Below are positions 17,073 through 26,920 of a DNA stretch of 64,000 nucleotides, in pieces. The notes under the pieces are model-generated. The model worked only from the letters and a program-made list of their open reading frames with translations. It was not told the DNA's origin and made no database searches. A program made the position numbers and the translations under genes. Numbering within the stretch: the first letter of the stretch is position 1; each line of letters opens with the position of its first letter. The DNA lies in NCBI GenBank assembly GCA_036645575.1, contig JAVXNW010000001.1, positions 11,896-75,895 of the forward strand, written 5' to 3'. This stretch comes from Clostridia bacterium. GTDB taxonomy: Bacteria; Bacillota; Clostridia; Christensenellales; Aristaeellaceae.

Positions 17073-17207
17073 ATGGTGTAATTGATTGAATGTAATTTGT
17101 GCTTGTGTTAATTGAAAATGGGGATGCGCGATGGGAATAGAAAAAAATACTTATCGACGCGCGGCGGTTTATCTGATATAATGGAGGAGGTAAAGGAGGC
17201 GCTAGAT

Positions 17208-17681
17208 ATGGCAAAGTGTATTCGGTGCGAAAAAAAGGGGTTCACCCTCAAGGTGGACCAAAATGGACTGTGTGCGGACTGTCAGGCGCAGGATGCGCAG
17301 GCGGCTGAGTTGGCCCGTCGTCAGGCGGCTGAGCACCTTGCGCAGTTGCAGGCCTTTCATGATGAGTATGTGGTGATTCCCGACGCGCGGGAAGCGGCGG
17401 ACGGAATTTTGGCGGAGGCGAAGGCGAGCGCGGAGAAAATTGTGCAGGACGCGAGCGACGCGGCGAGCCAGTGCGTGAGCTTGGCTCAGCAGAATGCGGA
17501 CAACTTGGTTGCGCAGGCCAAGGCCAAGGAAGAAGCGGCTGAGGAAAAAGTGCGCCAGTTGCACAAGGCCGCCGCGGGCGCGCTTGGCGAGGCCAAGAAG
17601 GCGATGGAGGGGCTCTTGCAGGGCTCGGCCAAGGATTTTGCCGCAATGACCGACAAGCTGTTTGAAAAACTTCCGAAATAG
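17208..17681 (+). CDS. hypothetical protein, N-terminal zinc-ribbon (CxxC...CxxC) plus Ala/Glu/Lys-rich coiled-coil
   Basis: ATG 17208 follows AAAGGAGG. The N-terminus MAKCIRCEKKGFTLKVDQNGLCADCQ is followed by a predicted helical low-complexity region. Confidence 0.6.
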   Translation: MAKCIRCEKKGFTLKVDQNGLCADCQAQDAQAAELARRQAAEHLAQLQAFHDEYVVIPDAREAADGILAEAKASAEKIVQDASDAASQCVSLAQQNADNLVAQAKAKEEAAEEKVRQLHKAAAGALGEAKKAMEGLLQGSAKDFAAMTDKLFEKLPK

Positions 17682-17699
17682 GCGCGCCCCATCGGGCGC

Positions 17700-17740
17700 G
17701 ACGAAAAGCGCCGAATAAAATCGGCGCTTTTCGTCGCTTG
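17700..17740 (+). terminator. rho-independent terminator
   Basis: Stem GACGAAAAGCGCCGA / TCGGCGCTTTTCGTC with loop ATAAAA. Confidence 0.6.
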
Positions 17741-17766
17741 CATTTAAGTTTATCTTGGCGTATAAT
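17738..17766 (+). promoter_or_regulatory. sigma-A-type promoter upstream of fucI
   Basis: TTGCAT (17738..17743), a 17-nt spacer, then TATAAT (17761..17766). Confidence 0.6.
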
Positions 17767-17827
17767 GGGTATGTAATATAGACATCCCATTCGTTTTTTA
17801 TAGAATTTTATTTTGAGGAGGGCATTC

Positions 17828-19657
17828 ATGATGGCAAATCCAACGTCGTTTCCGATGAATAAACCACAAAACCGGCTGGTTGGCGCGCTGCCCAAGATCG
17901 GCATTCGTCCCTGCATCGACGGGCGTCGTCGCGGTGTTCGCGAGGGACTTGAAGAGCAGACGATGACCTTGGCCAGGGCGTGCGCGGATTTTTTAACGAA
18001 GCACCTCAAACATACCTGCGGACTACCGGTTGAGTGCGTCATTGCCGATACCACGATTGGCCGCGTGGCCGAAGCCGCCGCCTGCGCGGAAAAATTCCAG
18101 CGCGAAGGCGTGGGCGTATCGATCACCGTCACGCCCTGCTGGTGCTACGGCTCTGAGACCATGGACATGGATCCCCTGACGCCCAAGGCGGTCTGGGGCT
18201 TTAACGGCACCGAGCGCCCGGGTGCTGTGTACCTTGCGGCGGTGCTGGCCGCCCACGCGCAGAAGGGTCTGCCGGCCTTTGGCATCTACGGACACGACGT
18301 GCAGGATGCCGACATGGCGTCCACCATTCCGCAGGACGTACAGGAAAAGCTGCTGCGCTTTGCCAAGGCGGGCATTGCGGTTGCGACGATGCGCGGGAAG
18401 AGCTATCTGTCGATGGGCGGAACCGCCATGGGCATTGCGGGCTCGATCGTCAACCCGGAGCTGCTTGAAAAGTGGCTAGGGATGCGCAGCGAGTCGGTCG
18501 ATTCGTCCGAGTTCATTCGCCGCTGGGAAGAGGGCATTTACGACGAGGACGAGTTCGAGAAGGCCTACGGCTGGGTCAAGGAAAATGTGAAGATGGGCTG
18601 GGACAAAAACCCGGTCGAACTACAGCATACGCCCGAATACAAGGATTGGGCGCTTAAGACCAACATCAAGATGATGATGATCGCGCGCGACATGATGGTG
18701 GGCAATCCCAAGCTTACAGCGCTTGGCTTTGCGGAAGAAGCGGTTGGGCACAACGCGATTGCGGCGGGCTTCCAGGGCCAGCGCCAGTGGAACGATCACT
18801 TCCCGAACGGCGATTTCTTGGAGTCCATGCTCAACACCTCCTTTGACTGGAACGGCATTCGCGAGCCGCACATTCTGGCCACCGAGAACGACCACCTGAA
18901 CGGCCTTGCGATGCTGTTTGGCAAGCTGGTCAGCCAGACCGCGTCCGGCTTTGCTGACGTGCGCACCTACTGGAGCCCCGAGTCGATCGAGCGCGTCAGC
19001 GGATGGAAGCCGGAGGGCGGCGCGGCCAACGGACTGATCCACCTGATCAATTCCGGCGCGGTGTGCTTGGATGCCTCGGGCGAGTGCACAAACGAAAATG
19101 GCGAGCCCTGCATCAAGCATTGGTGGGACATCACCAGCGAAGAAGCGGCCAAGTGCATGGACGCGACGCAGTATTGCTACGCGGATCTGGGCTATTTCCG
19201 CGGCGGCGGATATTCCAGCCACCTGCTGACAAAGGGCGGTATGCCCATGACCATGAGCCGCCTCAACTTGGTGGACGGCCTGGGCCCGGTATTGCAGATC
19301 GCCGAGGGCTGGTCGATCGATATCCCCAAGAACGTCCACGACATCCTCGACCAGCGCACCGACCCGACATGGCCGACCACGTGGTTTGCGCCGCGCCTGA
19401 CCGGAAAAGACGCGTTTACCGATGTGTATTCCGTGATGAACAACTGGGGCGCCAACCACGGCGCGTTCAACTACGGCCATATCGGCGCCGACCTGATCAC
19501 GCTGTGCGCCATGCTGCGCATCCCCGTGTGCATGCACAACGTGCCGGAAGAGAATATCTTCCGCCCGTCGACCTGGAACGCGTTTGGCACAAAGGATCGC
19601 GAGGGCGCAGACTTCCGCGCCTGCAAGGCGCTGGGCCCGATCTACGGCAGAAAGTAA
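17828..19657 (+). CDS. fucI: L-fucose isomerase
   Basis: ATG 17828 follows GAGGAGG. It is nearly colinear with remembered E. coli FucI: [60 protein letters not shown]. Confidence 0.92.
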   Translation: MMANPTSFPMNKPQNRLVGALPKIGIRPCIDGRRRGVREGLEEQTMTLARACADFLTKHLKHTCGLPVECVIADTTIGRVAEAAACAEKFQREGVGVSITVTPCWCYGSETMDMDPLTPKAVWGFNGTERPGAVYLAAVLAAHAQKGLPAFGIYGHDVQDADMASTIPQDVQEKLLRFAKAGIAVATMRGKSYLSMGGTAMGIAGSIVNPELLEKWLGMRSESVDSSEFIRRWEEGIYDEDEFEKAYGWVKENVKMGWDKNPVELQHTPEYKDWALKTNIKMMMIARDMMVGNPKLTALGFAEEAVGHNAIAAGFQGQRQWNDHFPNGDFLESMLNTSFDWNGIREPHILATENDHLNGLAMLFGKLVSQTASGFADVRTYWSPESIERVSGWKPEGGAANGLIHLINSGAVCLDASGECTNENGEPCIKHWWDITSEEAAKCMDATQYCYADLGYFRGGGYSSHLLTKGGMPMTMSRLNLVDGLGPVLQIAEGWSIDIPKNVHDILDQRTDPTWPTTWFAPRLTGKDAFTDVYSVMNNWGANHGAFNYGHIGADLITLCAMLRIPVCMHNVPEENIFRPSTWNAFGTKDREGADFRACKALGPIYGRK

Positions 19658-19688
19658 GGGCTGTTCAGCCGCAAATCCTCAAACAAGA

Positions 19689-19729
19689 AAAGGCGGTCGC
19701 CGATTTCAAAAATCGGCGGCCGCCTTTTC
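19689..19729. terminator. bidirectional terminator-like hairpin between fucI and the ferredoxin gene
   Basis: AAGGCGGTCGCCGATTT-CAAA-AATCGGCGGCCGCCTT flanked by an A-run and a T-run. Confidence 0.65.
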
Positions 19730-19793
19730 TTAGGCCAAATGGAACGCGTTTTGCGCAAACGGCTGCGCGACAGGGCTTGAGGGGGGGATTTTT

Positions 19794-19839
19794 GGGAACC
19801 GCTGATGAAAGAACGTGCGGGATTTATTCGGCGGTTCCT
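19794..19839. repeat. MITE/REP-like repeat, minimal copy with the two ends fused
   Basis: GGGAACCGCTGATGAAAGAACGTGCGGGATTTATTCGGCGGTTCC contains both end modules of the 12307..12465 element without the internal ~115 bp. It folds as a long hairpin and abuts the stop codon of the 19839..20078 gene. Confidence 0.6.
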
Positions 19840-20078
19840 TAGCGCCTGCTCAGCACTTCGTCTTGGAAGAAGGTCTCGACGTCCTCGGGCTTGAGCGAGA
19901 ACTTTTCTCCGTCTACCGTGAGGCACACGCCGTTCATGCAGTCGCCCATGCAGAACTGTCCGGCAAGGTCGATCTCATCTTGAAGCTTGTGCGCGGCAAC
20001 CAGCCGCTGCAAGGCCTCGATGATCAGCCGCGAACCCTTTAGGTGACAGGAGCTTCCGATACAGACCGTGATCTTCAT
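19839..20078 (-). CDS. thioredoxin-like [2Fe-2S] ferredoxin domain protein
   Basis: 79 aa with Cys pattern CIGSSCHLKGS ... CMGDCMNGVC. Confidence 0.65.
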   Translation of the reverse strand: MKITVCIGSSCHLKGSRLIIEALQRLVAAHKLQDEIDLAGQFCMGDCMNGVCLTVDGEKFSLKPEDVETFFQDEVLSRR

Positions 20079-20093
20079 GGCGGATTGCCCTCC

Positions 20094-20843
20094 TCATTCG
20101 TATTCTACGACGTCCGTCCAGTGCATCAAAAATTCGCGCTCTTCGGGCTTTCCCTTGACCAGCTGCGACGCGGCGACGATCGGGATCCACTTTTGCACGT
20201 ATTGCTTGGCGGTGTCGCTCTTTTTGCAGAACAGGTTCAGGTATTTCTCCGCAAGGTCAATTTCGCCGTTCAGCCAGAACAGCAGATACGTCCGCGCCGC
20301 GTCGGCCGACGCGTTGCCCTGCGTCGCGTGCGACCAGTCCAGAATAAAGGGCGTACCATCCGGCGCAATGATGATGTTGGATGGGTTAAAGTCGCCGTGG
20401 CACACCTTGTCATGCTTGGGCATGGAATTTAGCCGCGTGTGCAACTCGTAGCGCGTCGTCGCGTCAAGCGTCGATGCCGAGATCTTTCGGTGCATCTTCT
20501 CCTGAAGCAGGTTGAGGTTGGGCGCTTTTTTTTCGTGCATGGAAAGCTGAATGTCGATAAACAGGTTCAGGTATTCGTCCTGCCTGTCGGGCTGCTCGTC
20601 CATCAGCTGCCTGAGCGTCTTGCCCTCGATATAGTCGGAGACAATCGCCCACTTTCCGTCGAGCTTGCTCACCTCGAGCACATGGGGCACGTTGAGCCCG
20701 GTCTCGGACGCGCGCGCCTGGTTGAGCGCCTCGTTGAGCACGTTGGCGGTGGAAAAGCCCTCGTCAAATACCTTGATGGCGAGATCCCCGTCGTGGTAGA
20801 CGGTCTTGTTCGTGCGCACGGCAATGATTTTTTCAAGCTTCAT
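20094..20843 (-). CDS. aminoglycoside/choline-kinase-type phosphotransferase family protein
   Basis: Catalytic loop CHGDFNPSNIII and ILDWSHA. Confidence 0.75.
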   Translation of the reverse strand: MKLEKIIAVRTNKTVYHDGDLAIKVFDEGFSTANVLNEALNQARASETGLNVPHVLEVSKLDGKWAIVSDYIEGKTLRQLMDEQPDRQDEYLNLFIDIQLSMHEKKAPNLNLLQEKMHRKISASTLDATTRYELHTRLNSMPKHDKVCHGDFNPSNIIIAPDGTPFILDWSHATQGNASADAARTYLLFWLNGEIDLAEKYLNLFCKKSDTAKQYVQKWIPIVAASQLVKGKPEEREFLMHWTDVVEYE

Positions 20844-20873
20844 GGTCTTGTCCTCCCTTCCTATTTGGCCGAC

Positions 20874-23492
20874 TTACCGCACGCCATAGTAGGCGTTCAA
20901 ATACATCTGCTTGATTTCGCGCATCAGCGGGTAGCGCGGGTTCGCGCCGGTGCACTGGTCGTCGAAGGCCTGCTCGGTCATCTCGTCCAGCCGCGCAAGG
21001 AAATCCTGCTCGTCCACGCCGTAGTCGCGGATGGTCTTCTTGATGCCGATCGCGCCTTTGAGCTCGTCCAGTTTTTCGATGAACGCGTTCAGCTTTTCTT
21101 CGTCCGTGCCCTGGGTGATGCCCACGCTCTGGGCGATCTCGGCGTAGCGGCTGAGCGTATGCGGGTGGTCGTACTGGGAGAATGTGCCCATCTTGGTCGG
21201 CACTTCGCAGGCGTTAAAGCGGAGCACTTCGTCCAGCATCAGCGCGTTGGCGATGCCGTGCGGCAGGTGGTGGAACGCGCCCAGCTTGTGCGCCATCGAG
21301 TGGCACACGCCAAGGAACGCATTGGCAAACGCCATGCCCGCCATCGTCGAGGCGTTGGCCATCTTCTCACGCGCGACAGGGTCGCTTGCGCCGTTTGCGT
21401 AGGCGCGCGGCAGGTATTCAAATATCAGCTTGATCGCCTGAAGCGCAAGTCCGTCGGTGAAGTCGGTTGCGAGCATCGCGGCATACGCCTCAAGCGCGTG
21501 CGACATTGCGTCAATGCCCGATGCGCTGGTCAGGCCGCGCGGCATGTTCATCATGAGGTCCGCGTCCACGATCGCCATGTTCGGCATCAGCTCGTAGTCG
21601 GCCAGCGGGTACTTGACGCCGGTGTTTTCGTCGGTGATGACCGCGAACGGCGTCACTTCCGATCCGGTGCCGGCCGATGTGGGCACCGCGATGAAATAGG
21701 CCTTTTCGCCCATGCGGGGGAAGGTGTAGACGCGCTTGCGGATGTCGGAAAAGCGCATGGCCATGTCCATAAAGTCGGCCTCGGGATGCTCGTAGAGCAC
21801 CCACATGATCTTGCCCGCGTCCATGGCGCTTCCGCCGCCCAGCGCGATGATGACGTCCGGCTTAAACGAGGCCATCAGCTTGGCGCCTTCGCGCGCGCAG
21901 TGAATCGTCGGATCGGGCGCGACGTCAAAGAATGTCTCGTGCGCAATGCCCATCTCGTCCAGCTTGTCGGTGATCCCCTTGGCGTAGCCGTTTTGGTAGA
22001 GGAAGGCGTCGGTCACGACGAACGCGCGCTTTTTGCCGTACACGTTTTTGAGTTCGTCCAGCGCCACCGGGAGGCAGCCCTTCTTTAGATAGACCTTGGG
22101 GGGCGTGCGGAACCACAGCATGTTCTCTCTCCTCTGCGCAATGGTCTTGATGTTGATGAGGTGCTTGACCCCAACGTTTTCGGAGACGGAGTTGCCGCCC
22201 CACGAGCCGCAGCCCAGCGTCATCGAGGGCGCGAGCTTGAAGTTGTACAGGTCGCCGATCCCGCCGTGCGAGGACGGCGTATTGACGATGACGCGGCAGG
22301 TCTTTACGCGCTCGGCCAGCTGGTCGATCTTCGCGGAATCGGTGGTGGTGTTCACATAGATCGACGCGGTATGACCCATGCCGCCGTCCTCAATCAGCTT
22401 TTCAGCCTTGGAAACCGCGTTTTCAAAGTCGGTCGCGTGGTACATCGCGAGCACAGGGGAGAGCTTCTCGTGCGCAAATTCCTCGCTCAGCTCGACCGAT
22501 TCCACTTCGCCGATCAGGATTTTCGCGTTCTCCGGCACATCGACGCCCGCCAGCTGCGCGATCTTGTAGGCGCTCTGGCCGACGATCTTGGCGTTCAGCG
22601 CGCCGTTGATCAGAATGGTCTTGCGCACCTTGTCCAGTTCGGCGCCCTCGAGGAAATAGCAGCCGCGCGCCGCAAACTCCGCGCGAACCGCGTCATATAC
22701 GCTATCCAGCACGATCACGCTCTGCTCGGACGCGCAGATCATGCCGTTGTCAAATGTCTTTGAGTGAATGATCGAGTTGACCGCCAGCAAAAGGTCGGCG
22801 CTGTCGTCGATGATCGCCGGCACGTTGCCCGCGCCCACGCCCACCGCGGGCTTTCCGGACGAGTACGCCGCGCGCACCATGCCGGGGCCGCCGGTCGCCA
22901 GAATGATGTCCGCTTCCTTCATGACCAGGTTGGTCAGCTCCAGCGAGGGGACGTCCACCCATGCAATGATGTCCTCGGGCGCGCCGGCCGCGACCGCCGC
23001 CTCGAGCACGCACTTGGCCGCCGCGATCGTCGAGTTCTTGGCGCGCGGGTGGGGGCTGATGATGATGCCGTTGCGCGTCTTGAGCGAAATCAGCGTCTTA
23101 AAGATGGCGGTCGATGTCGGGTTCGTGGTCGGAATGACCGCCGCGATCACGCCGATCGGGGCCGCGATCTTTTTAAAGCCGTAAGAAGGATCTTCTTCGA
23201 TCACACCGCAGGTCTTGGTGTCTTTGTAGGCGTTGTAAATGTACTCGGAAGCGTAGTGGTTTTTGATGACCTTGTCCTCGACGACGCCCATGCCGGTCTC
23301 CGCGACCGCCAATTTCGCCAGCGGGATGCGCATCTTGTTGGCGGCCATCGCGGCAGCCTTAAAGATGGCGTCCACCTGGACCTGCGTGTAAGTAGCATAC
23401 TTTTTCTGCGCCGCACGCACGCGCGCAATGGCCGCCTCCAGCTTCTCTACGCCGTCCACGATCTCATATTGCTTTTCGGTGTTCATATTCAC
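20874..23492 (-). CDS. adhE: bifunctional acetaldehyde-CoA / alcohol dehydrogenase
   Basis: 872 aa with an N-terminal aldehyde dehydrogenase domain and a C-terminal iron-type ADH domain (GGGSAMDAGK, CHSMAHKLG). Confidence 0.95.
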   Translation of the reverse strand: MNMNTEKQYEIVDGVEKLEAAIARVRAAQKKYATYTQVQVDAIFKAAAMAANKMRIPLAKLAVAETGMGVVEDKVIKNHYASEYIYNAYKDTKTCGVIEEDPSYGFKKIAAPIGVIAAVIPTTNPTSTAIFKTLISLKTRNGIIISPHPRAKNSTIAAAKCVLEAAVAAGAPEDIIAWVDVPSLELTNLVMKEADIILATGGPGMVRAAYSSGKPAVGVGAGNVPAIIDDSADLLLAVNSIIHSKTFDNGMICASEQSVIVLDSVYDAVRAEFAARGCYFLEGAELDKVRKTILINGALNAKIVGQSAYKIAQLAGVDVPENAKILIGEVESVELSEEFAHEKLSPVLAMYHATDFENAVSKAEKLIEDGGMGHTASIYVNTTTDSAKIDQLAERVKTCRVIVNTPSSHGGIGDLYNFKLAPSMTLGCGSWGGNSVSENVGVKHLINIKTIAQRRENMLWFRTPPKVYLKKGCLPVALDELKNVYGKKRAFVVTDAFLYQNGYAKGITDKLDEMGIAHETFFDVAPDPTIHCAREGAKLMASFKPDVIIALGGGSAMDAGKIMWVLYEHPEADFMDMAMRFSDIRKRVYTFPRMGEKAYFIAVPTSAGTGSEVTPFAVITDENTGVKYPLADYELMPNMAIVDADLMMNMPRGLTSASGIDAMSHALEAYAAMLATDFTDGLALQAIKLIFEYLPRAYANGASDPVAREKMANASTMAGMAFANAFLGVCHSMAHKLGAFHHLPHGIANALMLDEVLRFNACEVPTKMGTFSQYDHPHTLSRYAEIAQSVGITQGTDEEKLNAFIEKLDELKGAIGIKKTIRDYGVDEQDFLARLDEMTEQAFDDQCTGANPRYPLMREIKQMYLNAYYGVR

Positions 23493-23797
23493 AGCTCCTT
23501 CTCGATCCTCGTTGCCCCCGAATTTCCTCGGAAAGTCTTGCGTTCGAGTCGTTCACAGTTTCCCTTGATTGCAGGAGCAGTATACACCCGCCCCTTATTC
23601 AGTACAATATTATCGATATTAACTTATTGTTTAGATATTTTTCCCGTTGGTTATGCTTGTGAAAAGAATGACAATCGCGCGAAAATGAGATGGAAAATTG
23701 TGGAAAATCCGTAAGATTGAGCGAGCAGGATTGCAGGCTTTACGCGGTTATGGTATATTATACCGGAATTTACTGGCTTATGAGCGAGGGGAGATCG

Positions 23798-25291
23798 ATG
23801 ATGAAACTATCCCGTGTGTTGTTTTTATGCGTCCTGATGACGCTGTGCGTGTGTGTAGGTGGGCAGGCGGCGAGCGGCTACGCGTATGAGCCGCCAGTTC
23901 CGGCGGATTATGACATGCCCTACACGTTGGCGGTGTATCTGAGCAGGCAGATGGTGGTGGCCTACGACGCGAAGACGGGCGAACCGGTGCGCTACATGAT
24001 CTGCTCGTCGGGTGCGGGCGGCTGTACGCCCGCGATGACGGCCATCATGCCCAAGACCTACACGTCCGGCTGGGACAGGTGGGGCAACGTCTACGTGCGC
24101 TATCCCACCAAGATCAGGGGCAGCTACTTCTTCCATTCGACGCTGTACAACCTAGACCACACGCCCAACGCGAAATCCTGGCGCGATTTGGGGCGGATGG
24201 CCTCGCACGGCTGCATTCGCATGACGCCGGTTGACGCGCAGTGGATCAACTACAACTGCAAACAGGGCACGCGCATCCGCGTCGTGCGGGAGGATAATAC
24301 GGGGCTGGGGCTGGGCGACAAGAATCGGGCGATTCGCGCGGCGCTCGATCGAGACGGCATTCGCTCGGTGGAACCCAACCTGCGCCCCACGCCCACACCC
24401 ATCCCGCCCACGCTGGACGAAAATTCCACGCAGGTGCGCCAGATCAAGGCGCTCCAACAGAACCTGAAGGAGCACGGCTTCTATAACGGGGAGCTGTCGG
24501 GCCGCTTTGACGGGCAGACGGTGAGCGCTTGGAACGCCTATCAAAAGGCGCGGGGCTGGAAGGAAGACGCCATTGCGACGACCGACGAGCAGATTGCGCT
24601 GGACGGCGACCAGACGACGATCGCCTACAACGTAGACCTCAAGCTGGGCTCGCGCGGCGTGATCGTCCGGGCGGTCGAAGAACGGCTCAAGCTGCTCGGC
24701 TATTTCCGCAAGTCGCCCAACAACACCTACGACGCGGTCACCGTGGAGGCGGTCAAGCGCTATCAAAAGGCGAAGGGCATTGTGCCCGCCAACGGAAGGT
24801 TGGCCGCGCAGCAACAGGCGCAGCTGTTTTTGGGCGTCGCGCCCACGCCCACGCCGCAGCCCGACTTGACGGTGGGCAGCAAAGGCTCGCGCGTGAAGCG
24901 CCTGCAACAGCGGCTGGCGACGCTGGGCTGCTTTGTGGGGCGAGCCGATGGAAAGTATCAGGCCACGACCACAGCGGCGGTGCGCATGTATCAGGAGATG
25001 GCGGGGCTTGAGGTGACGGGGCGCGTGAACCGCGCGCTTGAGGACAAGATCGCAACCGACGACACGGTGGTCGGCTACGCGCGCAGGCTGAGCATCGGAT
25101 CCAAGGGTCAAGTGGTCAAGGCGCTTGAAGCGGCGCTCAAGCAAGCGGAACTGTTTTTGGGCGTGCCCGATATGACGTTTGACAGCGCGACGCGCGACGC
25201 GGTCAAGGCGCTTCAAACGCAGAGGGGGGAAGCGCCGACCGGCGTCGCGGACACGAATCTATTAAAGGCGCTGTTCACGCAATCCAATTAA
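23798..25291 (+). CDS. L,D-transpeptidase (YkuD) with four peptidoglycan-binding (PG_binding_1-like) repeats
   Basis: ATG 23798 follows GAGGGGAG. A signal peptide, the catalytic SHGCIRM motif and four ~55-aa repeats of the G(S)KG..V..LQ..L...G type are present. Confidence 0.85.
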   Translation: MMKLSRVLFLCVLMTLCVCVGGQAASGYAYEPPVPADYDMPYTLAVYLSRQMVVAYDAKTGEPVRYMICSSGAGGCTPAMTAIMPKTYTSGWDRWGNVYVRYPTKIRGSYFFHSTLYNLDHTPNAKSWRDLGRMASHGCIRMTPVDAQWINYNCKQGTRIRVVREDNTGLGLGDKNRAIRAALDRDGIRSVEPNLRPTPTPIPPTLDENSTQVRQIKALQQNLKEHGFYNGELSGRFDGQTVSAWNAYQKARGWKEDAIATTDEQIALDGDQTTIAYNVDLKLGSRGVIVRAVEERLKLLGYFRKSPNNTYDAVTVEAVKRYQKAKGIVPANGRLAAQQQAQLFLGVAPTPTPQPDLTVGSKGSRVKRLQQRLATLGCFVGRADGKYQATTTAAVRMYQEMAGLEVTGRVNRALEDKIATDDTVVGYARRLSIGSKGQVVKALEAALKQAELFLGVPDMTFDSATRDAVKALQTQRGEAPTGVADTNLLKALFTQSN

Positions 25292-25388
25292 ACTGAATTT
25301 AAGTGCCCGGCAAAGAGACGGAACGCCCCCCTCATTCATGGGTAGGTCGCACCGTCTCTTGCTCTATTTTGAGAGGGGGAGTCATCAC

Positions 25389-26036
25389 GTGGCGTATTTC
25401 AAGCGGACGATTCGTCTGATTGTCGGGCTTTTACTCTTTGCGCTGGGCTCGTACCTGAGCATTCAGGCAAATATTGGATTGGCGCCTTGGGAAGCGTTTG
25501 GGATGGGGTGCGCCTATTTGACCGGCGCATCCTATGGGAATGTCGTGGTGGTGACGGGACTGCTCATCTTGGTGGTTGACTGTCTCCTCAAGGAGAAGAT
25601 CGGCCTTGGCACGGTGCTCAACGTCCTCCTCATCGGCAAGTTCATCGATCTGTTCGGCCTACTTCACTTGGTGCCGATGATGCACAACTTCTTTGCGGGA
25701 CTTGCCGTCCTGTTGCTCGGACAGGTCGTGATCTGCATCGGAAGTTACTTCTATATCGGCGCCGGTATGGGGTGCGGGCCGCGAGACGCGCTGATGGTTG
25801 CGCTCGGCAAGCGCCTGCCCAAGGTGCCGCTCGGCGCGATTCGCGGCATGATCGAGGGCGCCGTGCTGCTGCTCGGCTGGCTGCTGGGCGCTAAGGTTGG
25901 GGTCGGCACGTTGATTGCCGTATTCGGAATCGGCTTCATTTTGGAATACACGTTCAAGTGCTTTCACTTTGACGCCAAGGCCGTCTCCCACGAGAACCTT
26001 GTACAGACCGCGCGCGGGATGCGCACAAAGCATTAG
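25389..26036 (+). CDS. YczE/YitT-like integral membrane protein
   Basis: Probable GTG start at 25389 after GGGGGAG. Multi-TM protein with the IQANIGLAPWEAFGMG motif. Confidence 0.6.
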   Translation: MAYFKRTIRLIVGLLLFALGSYLSIQANIGLAPWEAFGMGCAYLTGASYGNVVVVTGLLILVVDCLLKEKIGLGTVLNVLLIGKFIDLFGLLHLVPMMHNFFAGLAVLLLGQVVICIGSYFYIGAGMGCGPRDALMVALGKRLPKVPLGAIRGMIEGAVLLLGWLLGAKVGVGTLIAVFGIGFILEYTFKCFHFDAKAVSHENLVQTARGMRTKH

Positions 26037-26818
26037 CCCAGCGCGACGTCTAGGATCATCATGAGCACAAAGCCGATGGCGGCGCCGATGGTGCCGATGT
26101 TCGAGTGCTCGCCCAATTGCGCCTCGGGGATCAGCTCCTCGATGACCACGTAGATCATCGCGCCCGCGGCAAACGAGAGCAGGTAGGGCAGCACCGGCAC
26201 GATCAGGTTGGCAAGCAGGATGGTCAAAATCGCGCCGATCGGCTCGACGATCCCGGAAAGCGCGCCATACGCAAACGCCCGCTTCTTGCCCATGTTGCCC
26301 GCCAGCGGCAGCGAGATGATCGCGCCCTCGGGAAAATTTTGCAGCGCAATGCCGATCGCCAGCGCCATCGCGCCCGCCATCGATATGCCCGCGTTGCCCG
26401 CCATGGCGCCCGCAAACACCACGCCCACCGCCATGCCCTCGGGGATGTTGTGAAGCGTCACCGCCAAGACCAGCATGGTGGACTTGCCAAGGCGCGTGCG
26501 CATCCCCTCCGGCTTGTCCGAATCGATGTGAAGATGCGGAATCAGGCTGTCCAGCAGCAGCAAAAACCCAATGCCCGCGAGAAACCCGACCGCCGCGGGC
26601 ATCCATGAAATGACGCCCTGCGCCTCGGCCATGTCGATGGACGGCATGATCAGCGACCAGACCGACGCCGCGATCATCACGCCCGAAGCAAAGCCCAACA
26701 ACAGCTTTTGCAGAAACGGCGTGATTTCTTTTTTGAGAAAAAACACCATCGCCGCGCCGAGCACCGTCCCAAGTAGCGGAATCAAAAGCCCCAGCGCCAC
26801 ACCCACATTTGTACTCAT
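26033..26818 (-). CDS. zupT: ZIP family metal (zinc) transporter
   Basis: 261 aa, polytopic, with HNIPEGMAVG and QNFPEGAIISL motifs. Confidence 0.85.
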   Translation of the reverse strand: MSTNVGVALGLLIPLLGTVLGAAMVFFLKKEITPFLQKLLLGFASGVMIAASVWSLIMPSIDMAEAQGVISWMPAAVGFLAGIGFLLLLDSLIPHLHIDSDKPEGMRTRLGKSTMLVLAVTLHNIPEGMAVGVVFAGAMAGNAGISMAGAMALAIGIALQNFPEGAIISLPLAGNMGKKRAFAYGALSGIVEPIGAILTILLANLIVPVLPYLLSFAAGAMIYVVIEELIPEAQLGEHSNIGTIGAAIGFVLMMILDVALG

Positions 26819-26920
26819 CTGTCTTCCCCCGTCTCTCTGGTTATGATGCCCTCATTATACCACGACCGTGGGCATTTTGAAACAGGCTGGCGGCAAATGA
26901 ACCCGGCGCAGGCGCTCGCG

